DNA of 64,000 nucleotides, from contig OZ244905.1 of assembly GCA_965221695.1 (NCBI GenBank), forward strand, positions 1,344,001 through 1,408,000, given 5' to 3'. Source of the DNA: Gammaproteobacteria bacterium. GTDB taxonomy: Bacteria > Pseudomonadota > Gammaproteobacteria > Eutrophobiales > Eutrophobiaceae. Below, one piece after another: positions 19,111 through 27,712 of this stretch. How positions within the stretch are numbered: position 1 is the first letter of the stretch; each line of letters starts with the position of its first letter. The notes below the pieces were generated by a model. It was not told the DNA's origin. It saw nothing but the letters and a program-made list of their open reading frames with translations, and made no database searches. The position numbers were made by a program, and so were the translations under genes.

Positions 19111-20432
19111 ACCTGCGCGCGCGTGCTGCAAAAGCGCTCTACCGGGTTGTCGACACCGGGCTGACCCTGGATGCGGCCATGGAACCCAGTTTGCATGGCA
19201 TAAAAGGCCCGCGGGACCGCAGCTTTGTGAAGGAATTATGCTTCGGCACCCTGCGCTGGTTCGACCAATTGGAATGGCTGCTCGACCATTGCCTGGAGCG
19301 TCCGCTGAAACCTGGAGATGCGGATATCAGAATGCTGATCCTGGTCGGCCTGTACCAGCTTCGCAACCTGGGGGCGCCGCCTCACGCGGCGGTGTCGGAA
19401 ACGGTTGGAGCAACGGTGGAACTGGACAAGCCCTGGGCAAAACCGCTGGTGAATGCGCTGCTACGACGCGCGCTGCGGGAGGCGCAGCAATTGAACAAGG
19501 AACTTGACCGGCATCCCGGGGCGCGCTATTCCCACCCGGACTGGCTCATCGACAGGATCAGGACCGACTGGCCCGAACAATGGGAAGCCATACTAAAGGC
19601 CAATAATCGCCGGCCTCCCCAGCATTTGCGGGTCAATCTTTTACGCGCCACCAGGGAACGCTACCTGAAAGAACTGGAAAGCGCCGGGATCGAAGCGCTG
19701 GCGCTCGCCTTGACGCCCTGCGGCATCCAACTCCCGGACCCGGTTGACGTCAGTTGGCTGCCTGACTTTGACTGCGGGAGCGTTTCCGTGCAGGATGCCG
19801 GCGCGCAGCTTGCAGCCGGTCTGCTGGACCTGCAGCCTGGCAACCTGGTATTGGACGCCTGCGCCGCGCCCGGTGGGAAGACGGCGCATATCCTTGAATC
19901 CCAACCACAGATTGGCGCCATCACGGCCGTTGATGCCGATGAGCGCCGCAATATGCGCCTGCTCGGCACCCTGAACAGGCTGAACCTGGATGCGACCGTT
20001 ATCCAGGCTGACGCCACCGATACCGAAGAGTGGTGGAACGGCGAACAGTTTGACCGCATCCTGCTGGACGCGCCATGCAGCGCGACCGGAGTCATCCGCC
20101 GCCATCCTGACATTAAACGGCGCAAAGCCCCGGAACAACTCCCCGCGTTGCAAACCACCCAGCTCGAACTGCTGACAGCCCTGTGGCCGTTGCTGAAACC
20201 CGGCGGCAAGCTCCTGTACTCGACCTGTTCCCTGCTGCGCGGGGAAAACGACGGAGTAATCGAATCTTTCCTGGACGACCACCCCTCGGCCAAACCCGAC
20301 ACGATCAGCGCCAAATGGGGAGTTGCCACGGAACACGGCCGGCAACTGCTGCCCGGCCTGGATGACACGGACGGGTTTTATTATGCGGTATTGACGCATC
20401 GTTATAATAGTGGGGTCAGACCAAGAAATTAG
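19107..20432 (+). CDS. rsmB: 16S rRNA m5C967 methyltransferase
   Basis: NusB-like N-terminus, LDACAAPGGKT, LLDAPCSATG and YSTCS. ATGA overlap with the fmt stop gives the start at 19107. Confidence 0.95.
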   Translation: MNLRARAAKALYRVVDTGLTLDAAMEPSLHGIKGPRDRSFVKELCFGTLRWFDQLEWLLDHCLERPLKPGDADIRMLILVGLYQLRNLGAPPHAAVSETVGATVELDKPWAKPLVNALLRRALREAQQLNKELDRHPGARYSHPDWLIDRIRTDWPEQWEAILKANNRRPPQHLRVNLLRATRERYLKELESAGIEALALALTPCGIQLPDPVDVSWLPDFDCGSVSVQDAGAQLAAGLLDLQPGNLVLDACAAPGGKTAHILESQPQIGAITAVDADERRNMRLLGTLNRLNLDATVIQADATDTEEWWNGEQFDRILLDAPCSATGVIRRHPDIKRRKAPEQLPALQTTQLELLTALWPLLKPGGKLLYSTCSLLRGENDGVIESFLDDHPSAKPDTISAKWGVATEHGRQLLPGLDDTDGFYYAVLTHRYNSGVRPRN

Positions 20433-20586
20433 GGAAACTCTGAACAAGTCCATCCTGGACTTGTCAGAGTACGGAAAACAAAAATGCGATTTTTGTTTTC
20501 CTCACAATATCAATGCCTTACAGTCATTGATATTGACGATACATCCTTGTATCGTAGGAACCTCTGACTTAATCAGAGGTTCCTTA
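20430..20586 (+). mobile_element. Longest copy (~157 bp) of MITE-like family R1, with terminal inverted repeats, five hairpins and an IHF consensus
   Basis: Ends TAGGGAAACTCTGA ... TCAGAGGTTCCTTA. Stems at 20438-20469, 20473-20501, 20505-20535, 20536-20555 and 20555-20586. TATCAATGCCTTA (20508-20520) fits WATCAANNNNTTR. Mobility is inferred. Confidence 0.7.
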
Positions 20587-20626
20587 GAAGACATTACGCT
20601 GCTACCCAAATACCCGGCCTATCCGC

Positions 20627-21409
20627 ATGCTTTCAAAAGACTCTAAGGATTTCATCGGCTCAATCGAACGATGCATGGACGTCATCAGGGCATTTGATGC
20701 CGATGATGTTGAAATGGCGCCGGCAGATGTGGCTGCAAAAACCGGCCTCACCCGGGCGACGGCCAGGCGCATATTGTTGACTCTGGCCACCCTGGGTTAC
20801 GTCGCCACTGACGGCAAGTGGTTTCGATTATCGCCGAAAATTCTCGACCTGGGTTTTTCTTACCTGACTTCCATGCAGATTGGCCAGGTTATCCAGCCGA
20901 TTATCAATGCCTCCAGCAAAACGGTCGGTGAAACATGCGTTCTCTCGGTATTACAGGATAACGATATTGTCAGTATTGCCCACAGTTCGTTTGATCGTTT
21001 TGACCAAGTGACGTTTTACCCCGGGACACACCTTCCGGCCTGTGTTTCAGCGGCCGGAAGGGTGATATTGGCCCATGAGGAGGCAGAAAAACTCCATATA
21101 TACCTGAGGAACGTCAAACTGAAACGTTACACGCCGAACACGATTACCGGCAAAGCGAATTTAAGAAAGGAACTGGAAAAAATAAAGCGGCAGGGCTATG
21201 CCCGCGTTGATGGCGAGCTCGAAATCGGGTTGTATACACTTGCTGCGCCGATATTCAACACTGAAAAAGCTCCCATTGCCGCAGTGACTTTTGGCGGCAA
21301 TGTCGCACGCATCAATGACCGGAATATAGAAAAAAAATTCCTTCCTGAGTTATTCCGTATCACACAAGAAATAGGCAATCTGCTGCCAGGCAAGCACTCA
21401 ATTTTTTAA
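20627..21409 (+). CDS. IclR family regulator (PcaR/PobR-like)
   Basis: FIGSIERCMDVIRAF, TGLTRATARRILLTLATLGYV, LSPKILDLGFSYL and ELEIGL. Confidence 0.92.
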   Translation: MLSKDSKDFIGSIERCMDVIRAFDADDVEMAPADVAAKTGLTRATARRILLTLATLGYVATDGKWFRLSPKILDLGFSYLTSMQIGQVIQPIINASSKTVGETCVLSVLQDNDIVSIAHSSFDRFDQVTFYPGTHLPACVSAAGRVILAHEEAEKLHIYLRNVKLKRYTPNTITGKANLRKELEKIKRQGYARVDGELEIGLYTLAAPIFNTEKAPIAAVTFGGNVARINDRNIEKKFLPELFRITQEIGNLLPGKHSIF

Positions 21410-21454
21410 CGTCTGTATGTTGACCAATACTTCACCTTCTGAAAACGCCCAATA

Positions 21455-22588
21455 ATGAATAACGACAGGTTATTTCTTGCGGTAAGCGCGGGGAAGTTTA
21501 TCAGTGTCGCCGGTCTGCTGATTATGCCGGTGTTGGTCGGCGCAATGTTGGACGGCCTGCGCCTGGGTGAAGCAGCCATCGGTATTCTTGCGACGATAGA
21601 ATTCTCCGCGCTTGGCATCGGCCTGATGTTTGTCGCGTTGAACCCCCTTAAAACATCGGCAATGAGATACGCATTGATCGGCGCCGTGTTAATCGTCACG
21701 GGCCAGACAGCCTCCGCACTGATTACCGGATACGGTGCATTGATGGCTTTACGTTTTATTGTCGGCTTCGGCGCCGGCCTTGCCAATGCGGCAGCAACGG
21801 TCAGCATTGCCGCATACTTCAAAGAGCCGGAGCGTACTGCTGGTTATGCCTTCGGTCTGGTCTACCTGGTTGGTGGCGCGCTCTATCTTGGCTCACCGTA
21901 TATGACCGCGTTCGGCTACCATAAAGGCGTTTTCCTGAGCCTGGCCGTAATCGTGCTGGTATTCACCCCATTGCTTTTTGCCTTGCCCGATACGCCGCTG
22001 CAACAGAAAAAAAGACCGGCCGCCGGGCAGGATGTGAGATTAACCACAACGGTCCTGTTACTGTTTACCGCCGAGATTTTCCTGATGATTGGCATGGGCG
22101 CAGCCTGGGCCTTCGGCGAGCGCATGGGACTGGCGGTCAACCTGACCCCAAAAGAGATCGGTTTTTATTTTGCCTGTACCATGATCGCATCCATTGCCGG
22201 CTCGTTGTTTGCGGGCTGGCTGGGCCTGCGCTACGGCAGGACACTGCCTTTTGTCGTCGGGACGATCATGGTGTCTGTCTGTTGCTACTTTATGGCCAAC
22301 CCCGGCATTGCTGTCATTTATATCATCTGTCTGCTGAGTTTCCAGGCGTTCCAGGCGGTATTCATCCCATTTTTAATCGGGACCGGCGCGGCGCTGGAAA
22401 GCAGCGGCCGACTGTCCGCGGCCGTGGTCGCGGTGGAGATCTTCAGTTTCGGCGCCGGGGCGGCCGTAGGCGGCGCCGTAGTTGAAGCGTTCGGGCTGGC
22501 AGCGGTCGGCTGGCTGGCGGTTTTGGGCGGCATTCTTGCTATCCCCCTTCTTATTGCAGTGTGCCTGCCGCTGGATCGTCGGGCATGA
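21455..22588 (+). CDS. MFS transporter
   Basis: About 12 hydrophobic segments, LRFIVGFGAG and GWLGLRYGR. Confidence 0.8.
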   Translation: MNNDRLFLAVSAGKFISVAGLLIMPVLVGAMLDGLRLGEAAIGILATIEFSALGIGLMFVALNPLKTSAMRYALIGAVLIVTGQTASALITGYGALMALRFIVGFGAGLANAAATVSIAAYFKEPERTAGYAFGLVYLVGGALYLGSPYMTAFGYHKGVFLSLAVIVLVFTPLLFALPDTPLQQKKRPAAGQDVRLTTTVLLLFTAEIFLMIGMGAAWAFGERMGLAVNLTPKEIGFYFACTMIASIAGSLFAGWLGLRYGRTLPFVVGTIMVSVCCYFMANPGIAVIYIICLLSFQAFQAVFIPFLIGTGAALESSGRLSAAVVAVEIFSFGAGAAVGGAVVEAFGLAAVGWLAVLGGILAIPLLIAVCLPLDRRA

Positions 22589-23741
22589 TACGCCTGCGCA
22601 TGCTGAAAAACAGCAGGTAGCTGCACGTTAACAGGATAATACTGACATAGATGACGTTGGCATAGCGGTTGCCAACGATGACCAGTCCCGCCAGTACCGG
22701 ACCTGCTGCGATACCCAGACCCTGCATGAAAGGCAGCAGAACGATAGTGCGGCCGGTGCGGTCAAGACTGGCAATCCAGCCGCTTTGAAACGGGATAACG
22801 AAGCTGTAAAAGAAATTATAGACACATAAAGCCACCAGGTAGACGGCGGCTGTCGGATTCCGACCCAGCGCGTAGATGGCGATGCACAACCATACATAGC
22901 CAAACGAGATAGTTACGATGCGTTTCATCCTGCCGGCAAGCCAGGCCGGAGCCAGCGCGCCGGCTAAACTGAACAGCAGGGAGACGGACAGGGCAAACGC
23001 GATAAAGTCCGTGGCAAACCCTTCGGCGTCCCCGAACCGTTCCATGAACGACCAGATGCAATTCATGGATGCAAAGAAAAATCCCACTGCCAATAGCCCG
23101 AAAAGCGCGCGACGTTCTATCGCCTGTGACGAACCGCCTGCGCCCTCAGTCTCAGGATTGGAACGAGGCAAGGCGTAAAGAAGAAATACAGGCAATAACG
23201 CGACCAGGCCGCACATGATGAATACCGGCGCCACTCCCCATCTCGTCCACAGCCAGGACGCGCCATTAAGACACAACGCCCCGATAAACACCTGCAACGC
23301 CATTGAAAAAGCGAACTCCCGGTCGGGATTCGCCGCTGCGCGTATGGTCGCATACATGAATGCAACCATCATTCCTGCGCCAAATCCGGCCATGTAACGG
23401 TATCCCAGAAACACAGCAAAACTTTCGGCCGTGCTGCACATCAGGTTAGAAATGACGACCAGGCATACAGTGAAAGGGAAAACCCGGCGCCAATGGCAAC
23501 GATGTATCCAGTAACGAGCGCTGAACGCGGCGATGGTGTTCGCCGTCATGTCCGCCGATAACAACAGGCCGACCTGCCTGCTGCTGAAATTGAACTCTTC
23601 GGTAAAGATACCCGCCCAGATGGGCAACAGATAATAAACAACCAGGCTGGTTGCAAAAATCAGGTAGGTCAGCCAGCGCGTCGCCCAAGCGTTGACATCA
23701 ATGGGATCAGGGTCGCGATAGTCTTTGGACTGAACGATCAA
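22551..23741 (-). CDS. MFS transporter
   Basis: About 12 hydrophobic segments, YRYMAGFGAG and WSFMERFG. Resembles the convergent MFS gene. Confidence 0.8.
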   Translation of the reverse strand: MIVQSKDYRDPDPIDVNAWATRWLTYLIFATSLVVYYLLPIWAGIFTEEFNFSSRQVGLLLSADMTANTIAAFSARYWIHRCHWRRVFPFTVCLVVISNLMCSTAESFAVFLGYRYMAGFGAGMMVAFMYATIRAAANPDREFAFSMALQVFIGALCLNGASWLWTRWGVAPVFIMCGLVALLPVFLLYALPRSNPETEGAGGSSQAIERRALFGLLAVGFFFASMNCIWSFMERFGDAEGFATDFIAFALSVSLLFSLAGALAPAWLAGRMKRIVTISFGYVWLCIAIYALGRNPTAAVYLVALCVYNFFYSFVIPFQSGWIASLDRTGRTIVLLPFMQGLGIAAGPVLAGLVIVGNRYANVIYVSIILLTCSYLLFFSMRRRIMPDDPAAGTLQ

Positions 23742-25117
23742 CCTGAGCGCCTTTTGAAGTCTGATGTTGCCTGGTTGAAAGCGCTGGCAATCATACTGAG
23801 CAGCTCGTCGACATGCTCTTTGCTGAAAACCAGTGGCGGCGAAATGATCAGGTTTGAACCGACATTCCTGATTAGCAAGCCCTCTTTGCGCGTCAGGTCT
23901 TGCAGCAACTGAAGAAAAGGATCGTCTGGCATGAAGGACTCTTTGGATGATTTATCTACTACCAGTTCGATAGCAATCATCAGGCCTTTCCCGCGGATAT
24001 CACCGACAAATCCATAGTCAGATAGCTCATTTTTCAGTTTTGTCAGGCAGTAGCTGCCCACGTTTGCGGCATTTTCCGGCAGGTCTTCATCTTCCACGAT
24101 TTGCAACGCCGCATTGGCGGCAGCACAGGCAACGGGGTGCCCCGAGTAGGTATAGCCGTGCAGGATCGCGGCCAGTGGGTGGTCGGAATCCCAAGCCTTG
24201 CGAACACGCTCGTTCACCACGGTTGCGCCCAGAGGGATATAACCGGAGTTGATGCCTTTGGCCAGGCACATGATGTCGGGTTTGACGCCCCAGCCGCGAC
24301 AACCGAACATACTGCCGCTACGACCGAAACCGGTGACCACTTCATCAGCAATCAGTAATACTCCGTACTTATCACAGACATCCCGGACCAGCGGCCAGTA
24401 GTTGTCAGGCGGCACAATCACGCCACCGGCGCCCTGTACGGGTTCAGCGATAAACGCCGCGACCGTGTGCGGCCCCTGGTGTACGATTTCCCGTTCCAGT
24501 AGGTTGGCGCAGATCTTTCCCAGTTCCTCCGGATCCTCCGTATAGGGATTACGATACAACCAAGGGGTATCGACCTGAAAACAACCGGGCAGTACCGGCT
24601 CGTACATCGAGCGAAGATACATCTGGCCGCCGATGGATGTACCGCCAAAGTGCACCCCATGGTAACCCTGCTTCAGTGAAATAAACTTGGTACGTTGCGC
24701 CTCGCCGGACAGCTTCCAGTATTGCCGAGCCAGCTTCATGGCCGTTTCATTGGCATCCGAACCGCCGGAACCAAAAAACACCCGCTGCATGTCTTCGGGC
24801 GCGAGCATGCGCATCAGCCGTTCCGCCAGTTCGATAACCGGCAGGTTGCTGGTGTCGCCGAAGGTGGTGTAATAGGGAAGCCGCTCCAACTGGGCGTTGA
24901 TGGCTTGTTTCACCTCCTGGCGCCCATGTCCCACGTTTACGCACCACAGACCGCCCTGGGAATCCAGGTAACGCCTGCCCGACGTATCGTAGATATAAAC
25001 CCCCTCTGCGCGCTCGAATACCAGCGGCGCTGCCTGCTCCATCTCGCGCGGCGCGGCCATCGGATGCCAGTGATGGATATTTGTTCGTGTTTCATTCGGT
25101 CCTGTATCGCGTTTCAT
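23738..25117 (-). CDS. Class III (omega-amino acid/amine) aminotransferase
   Basis: GGLWCVNVGHG, GSGGSDANE, AEPVQGAGG, IADEVVTGFGR, LAKGINSGY and HGYTYSGHP. Confidence 0.93.
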   Translation of the reverse strand: MKRDTGPNETRTNIHHWHPMAAPREMEQAAPLVFERAEGVYIYDTSGRRYLDSQGGLWCVNVGHGRQEVKQAINAQLERLPYYTTFGDTSNLPVIELAERLMRMLAPEDMQRVFFGSGGSDANETAMKLARQYWKLSGEAQRTKFISLKQGYHGVHFGGTSIGGQMYLRSMYEPVLPGCFQVDTPWLYRNPYTEDPEELGKICANLLEREIVHQGPHTVAAFIAEPVQGAGGVIVPPDNYWPLVRDVCDKYGVLLIADEVVTGFGRSGSMFGCRGWGVKPDIMCLAKGINSGYIPLGATVVNERVRKAWDSDHPLAAILHGYTYSGHPVACAAANAALQIVEDEDLPENAANVGSYCLTKLKNELSDYGFVGDIRGKGLMIAIELVVDKSSKESFMPDDPFLQLLQDLTRKEGLLIRNVGSNLIISPPLVFSKEHVDELLSMIASAFNQATSDFKRRSG

Positions 25118-25137
25118 TTTAGATGCCTTTTACTTTT

Positions 25138-25198
25138 TTGAAAGAGTACTATGGAAGCTCTGAACAAGTCCATCCTGGAGTTGTCAGAGTTTTCCTAG
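25138..25198 (+). repeat. R5 motif (TTGAAAGAGTACTA) abutting a left-hairpin copy of family R1
   Basis: GGAAGCTCTGAACAAGTCCATCCTGGAGTTGTCAGAGTTTTCCTAG matches 20433-20470. Confidence 0.8.
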
Positions 25199-25201
25199 AG
25201 T

Positions 25202-26809
25202 TTAATCCGTGCCGATTTGCACGGCATTGCGCGCGGCCGCCTTCAACCTGCGTTTGTCGGGCTTATTATTTGCCAGCGCCGGCAATCCATCTTTGATGAT
25301 GATGTATTTCGGCAGCTTGTAATTGGCGAGCCGGTCGCGGCAATGCTCAATCAGGGCTTGGCTGTCAGGGGATTGACCGGGCGTCGGGGTGACAAATGCA
25401 TAGCCGACTTCGCCGTAGCATGGGTCAGGCACGCCTACTACGCAGGCAAGACTAACGGCCGAGTGCGCTTCGAGCGCCTGTTCGATTTCCCTGGGATAGA
25501 TGTTGTAACCGCCGGACTTGTACATGTCGGACAAACGCCCGACCAGCACGATATTGCCGTCGTCCCGTTCCAGCGCCACGTCTTTGGTGCGCAACCAACC
25601 GTCCTCGTCAATCGTCTCCCGGGTCGCCTCCGGCAAGCGCCAGTACCCTTTCATGATGAACGGGCCGCGTACCTGAATCTCGCCATGCTCACCTTTTGCT
25701 ACCGGCTTGCCGGTTTCGTCAGCCAGGCGGAACTCGCAATCCGCTACCGGCATGCCGACAGTCTCCGTCAGCAGATCAACATCGTCGGTGGCGGCAATGG
25801 CGGTAACAACCCCCGCCGCTTCAGTCAGCGCATACATGGAGGTGATGGCAGGGCAGACTTCCCGCACAATGCGCGCCAGCAGGGCTTTCGAGATCGTGCC
25901 GCCGCTGTAGGAAACCTGGCTGATCGAGGATAAATCCGCGCCGGGAAAATCGGGGTGATCCAGCGCCTGTTGCAGCATGACGGGGACCCCTCCCCAAGCG
26001 CTGATGCGTTTTTCCTCGATCAGCTTCAGCGCCGCGGCGGGATCAAATTTTTCCATGAAATAACTCGTGCCACCGAATACCAGTCCATAAACGGCGCCGG
26101 CGATCACCCCGGCAATGTGGTTGATAGGATATGGGTTCAGTTGACGCAACTCGCCGTCCGGACGCAATGATCCCTGCACCTGGCAATGACGGATGGCGCC
26201 GTAATGGTGCAACAGCGCGCCCTTCGGTCTGCCGGTGGTACCGGAGGTATATACAAGCAAGACAGCATCGTCGCTGCCAACATTTTTCTGTGCCTGCGCC
26301 AGCATCTTGGCGCCGATTTCCGTCCGGCGCGCCAGAAAATTCCGGTAGGAAACAGCGCCGGGCAGCCCTGCGTCCTCATCCAGCGTGACAACATGCTTCA
26401 CACTGTCAATGTTGCCCTGAAAATAGCGCAAATCCTCCCGGTAGTCGCGAGAGCCGATACACGTCCTGGCAAAGATGACGCAAGGTTCGGAATCCGCGAT
26501 AACATGCTCCAGTTCAGCCCGGCTGTAGCGCGCATTGAGTCCCACCCAGATCCCGCCGATGGCGCTGGTCGCCAGAAAAATAATGAAGTAATCGGGGTGC
26601 GGTGGGGTCAGGGTCGCAACCCGGTCGCCTTTGCCGACGCCCAACGCGAGCAGTCCCCTGGCGCAAGCCTCCACTTGCGATAACAGTTCCCGGTAGGAAT
26701 AGCCGGCGTTCCCATTGCTTACGGCCAGCTTGTCCGCCTTGCTGCCAACGTGCCGGTACAGGTAATCAAAGATGCGTTTGTCACGAAATTCCCTGGTATC
26801 AAGTTTCAT
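25202..26809 (-). CDS. Acyl-CoA synthetase (AMP-binding)
   Basis: YTSGTTGRPKG, YALTE, GRLSDMYKSGGYNIYPREIE and LANYKLPK. Confidence 0.9.
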   Translation of the reverse strand: MKLDTREFRDKRIFDYLYRHVGSKADKLAVSNGNAGYSYRELLSQVEACARGLLALGVGKGDRVATLTPPHPDYFIIFLATSAIGGIWVGLNARYSRAELEHVIADSEPCVIFARTCIGSRDYREDLRYFQGNIDSVKHVVTLDEDAGLPGAVSYRNFLARRTEIGAKMLAQAQKNVGSDDAVLLVYTSGTTGRPKGALLHHYGAIRHCQVQGSLRPDGELRQLNPYPINHIAGVIAGAVYGLVFGGTSYFMEKFDPAAALKLIEEKRISAWGGVPVMLQQALDHPDFPGADLSSISQVSYSGGTISKALLARIVREVCPAITSMYALTEAAGVVTAIAATDDVDLLTETVGMPVADCEFRLADETGKPVAKGEHGEIQVRGPFIMKGYWRLPEATRETIDEDGWLRTKDVALERDDGNIVLVGRLSDMYKSGGYNIYPREIEQALEAHSAVSLACVVGVPDPCYGEVGYAFVTPTPGQSPDSQALIEHCRDRLANYKLPKYIIIKDGLPALANNKPDKRRLKAAARNAVQIGTD

Positions 26810-26882
26810 CAGAATGCTCTAACGTGCGCGCACCCGGCCGGCGATGTCTTTTGCCTTGCCGAGTAGTTCGGACATGTGGGTA

Positions 26883-27542
26883 TCACTGAAGTAACCGCAA
26901 CTCTTCGCGACAGGCCGCACGCGTGGCCCGCATTGCCTCCTGCGGCAGGGAGAGGATATGCTCGCACCACTTCGTGGCCGCATCAAGGGCGCCCCCGGAC
27001 GCCGCCAGATCATCGACCAGGCCGACCCGGTGCGCGTGTTTCGGGTCGAGCAGGCATCCCTCAACACACAGCCGTTGGGCCCACTGTGCGCCGGTAAGCC
27101 TGGCCAGGACGCGGTATACCTGGTTTGACAACGGTAGCCCGTGGCTGACCTCCGGCAGACCGATCTTGTAAGCGCCCTGCTCCATCACCCGGTAGTCACA
27201 CAGCGCCGCGAGCGCCGCGCCGATGCCCAAACAGTGTCCGGTGATGGCCGCCGCCATGGGCGCCGGACAAGCGGCAGCCGCGGCAAGCAGGGCACGCAAA
27301 CGCGCCAGTATCTCAGTCATCTTCTCCGGTTTGGCCGCGCCCAGTTCCCCGGTATCCAGCCCGGCGCAGAAAAAACCGGGCGTCCCGCACAGGATAATGA
27401 CCTGCCCATCGACGGCGCCGGCCTGGACTATCTCCTCGGTCAATGTTTCCAGCAACGCCGAGTCCAGGGCATTGGCCGGTGGCCGCTCCAGCCTGATCAG
27501 GCAGACTCGGTTGTTCTGTTCAACGGATAACATACAGCTCAT
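26883..27542 (-). CDS. Enoyl-CoA hydratase/isomerase (crotonase family)
   Basis: RPPANAL, FCAGLD, AITGHCLG, CDYRVM and IGLPEV. Confidence 0.85.
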   Translation of the reverse strand: MSCMLSVEQNNRVCLIRLERPPANALDSALLETLTEEIVQAGAVDGQVIILCGTPGFFCAGLDTGELGAAKPEKMTEILARLRALLAAAAACPAPMAAAITGHCLGIGAALAALCDYRVMEQGAYKIGLPEVSHGLPLSNQVYRVLARLTGAQWAQRLCVEGCLLDPKHAHRVGLVDDLAASGGALDAATKWCEHILSLPQEAMRATRAACREELRLLQ

Positions 27543-27573
27543 GTTGTGTCATTACAACACCTGTAATATTTTC

Positions 27574-27651
27574 TTGACAGGTATATACTGGCATGGTAAA
27601 AAACCATATTCGTAGTTGGACGTATAACGTTCATTCGTGCGTATTGCGTAC
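27574..27651 (+). promoter_or_regulatory. Putative sigma70 promoter followed by two IclR (PcaR/PobR)-type operator palindromes
   Basis: TTGACA-N17-TAAAAA at 27574-27602. GTGCGTATTGCGTAC (27637-27651) fits GTNCG-N5-CGNAC, and GGACGTATAACGTTC (27618-27632) is a weaker version. Confidence 0.45.
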
Positions 27652-27712
27652 TTTAGATCAGTGTAATTTACCCGGCGCAGTATTTCAAGCGCTATTTTTG
27701 CGGAGATGGATA

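Noticed and set aside
20410-20646. 78-aa ORF across the R1 element, and similar small ORFs over R2 at 13760, 13828 and 50182
   Set aside because: These are translations of palindromic repeat DNA with no coding features, and they are far too short for a transposase.
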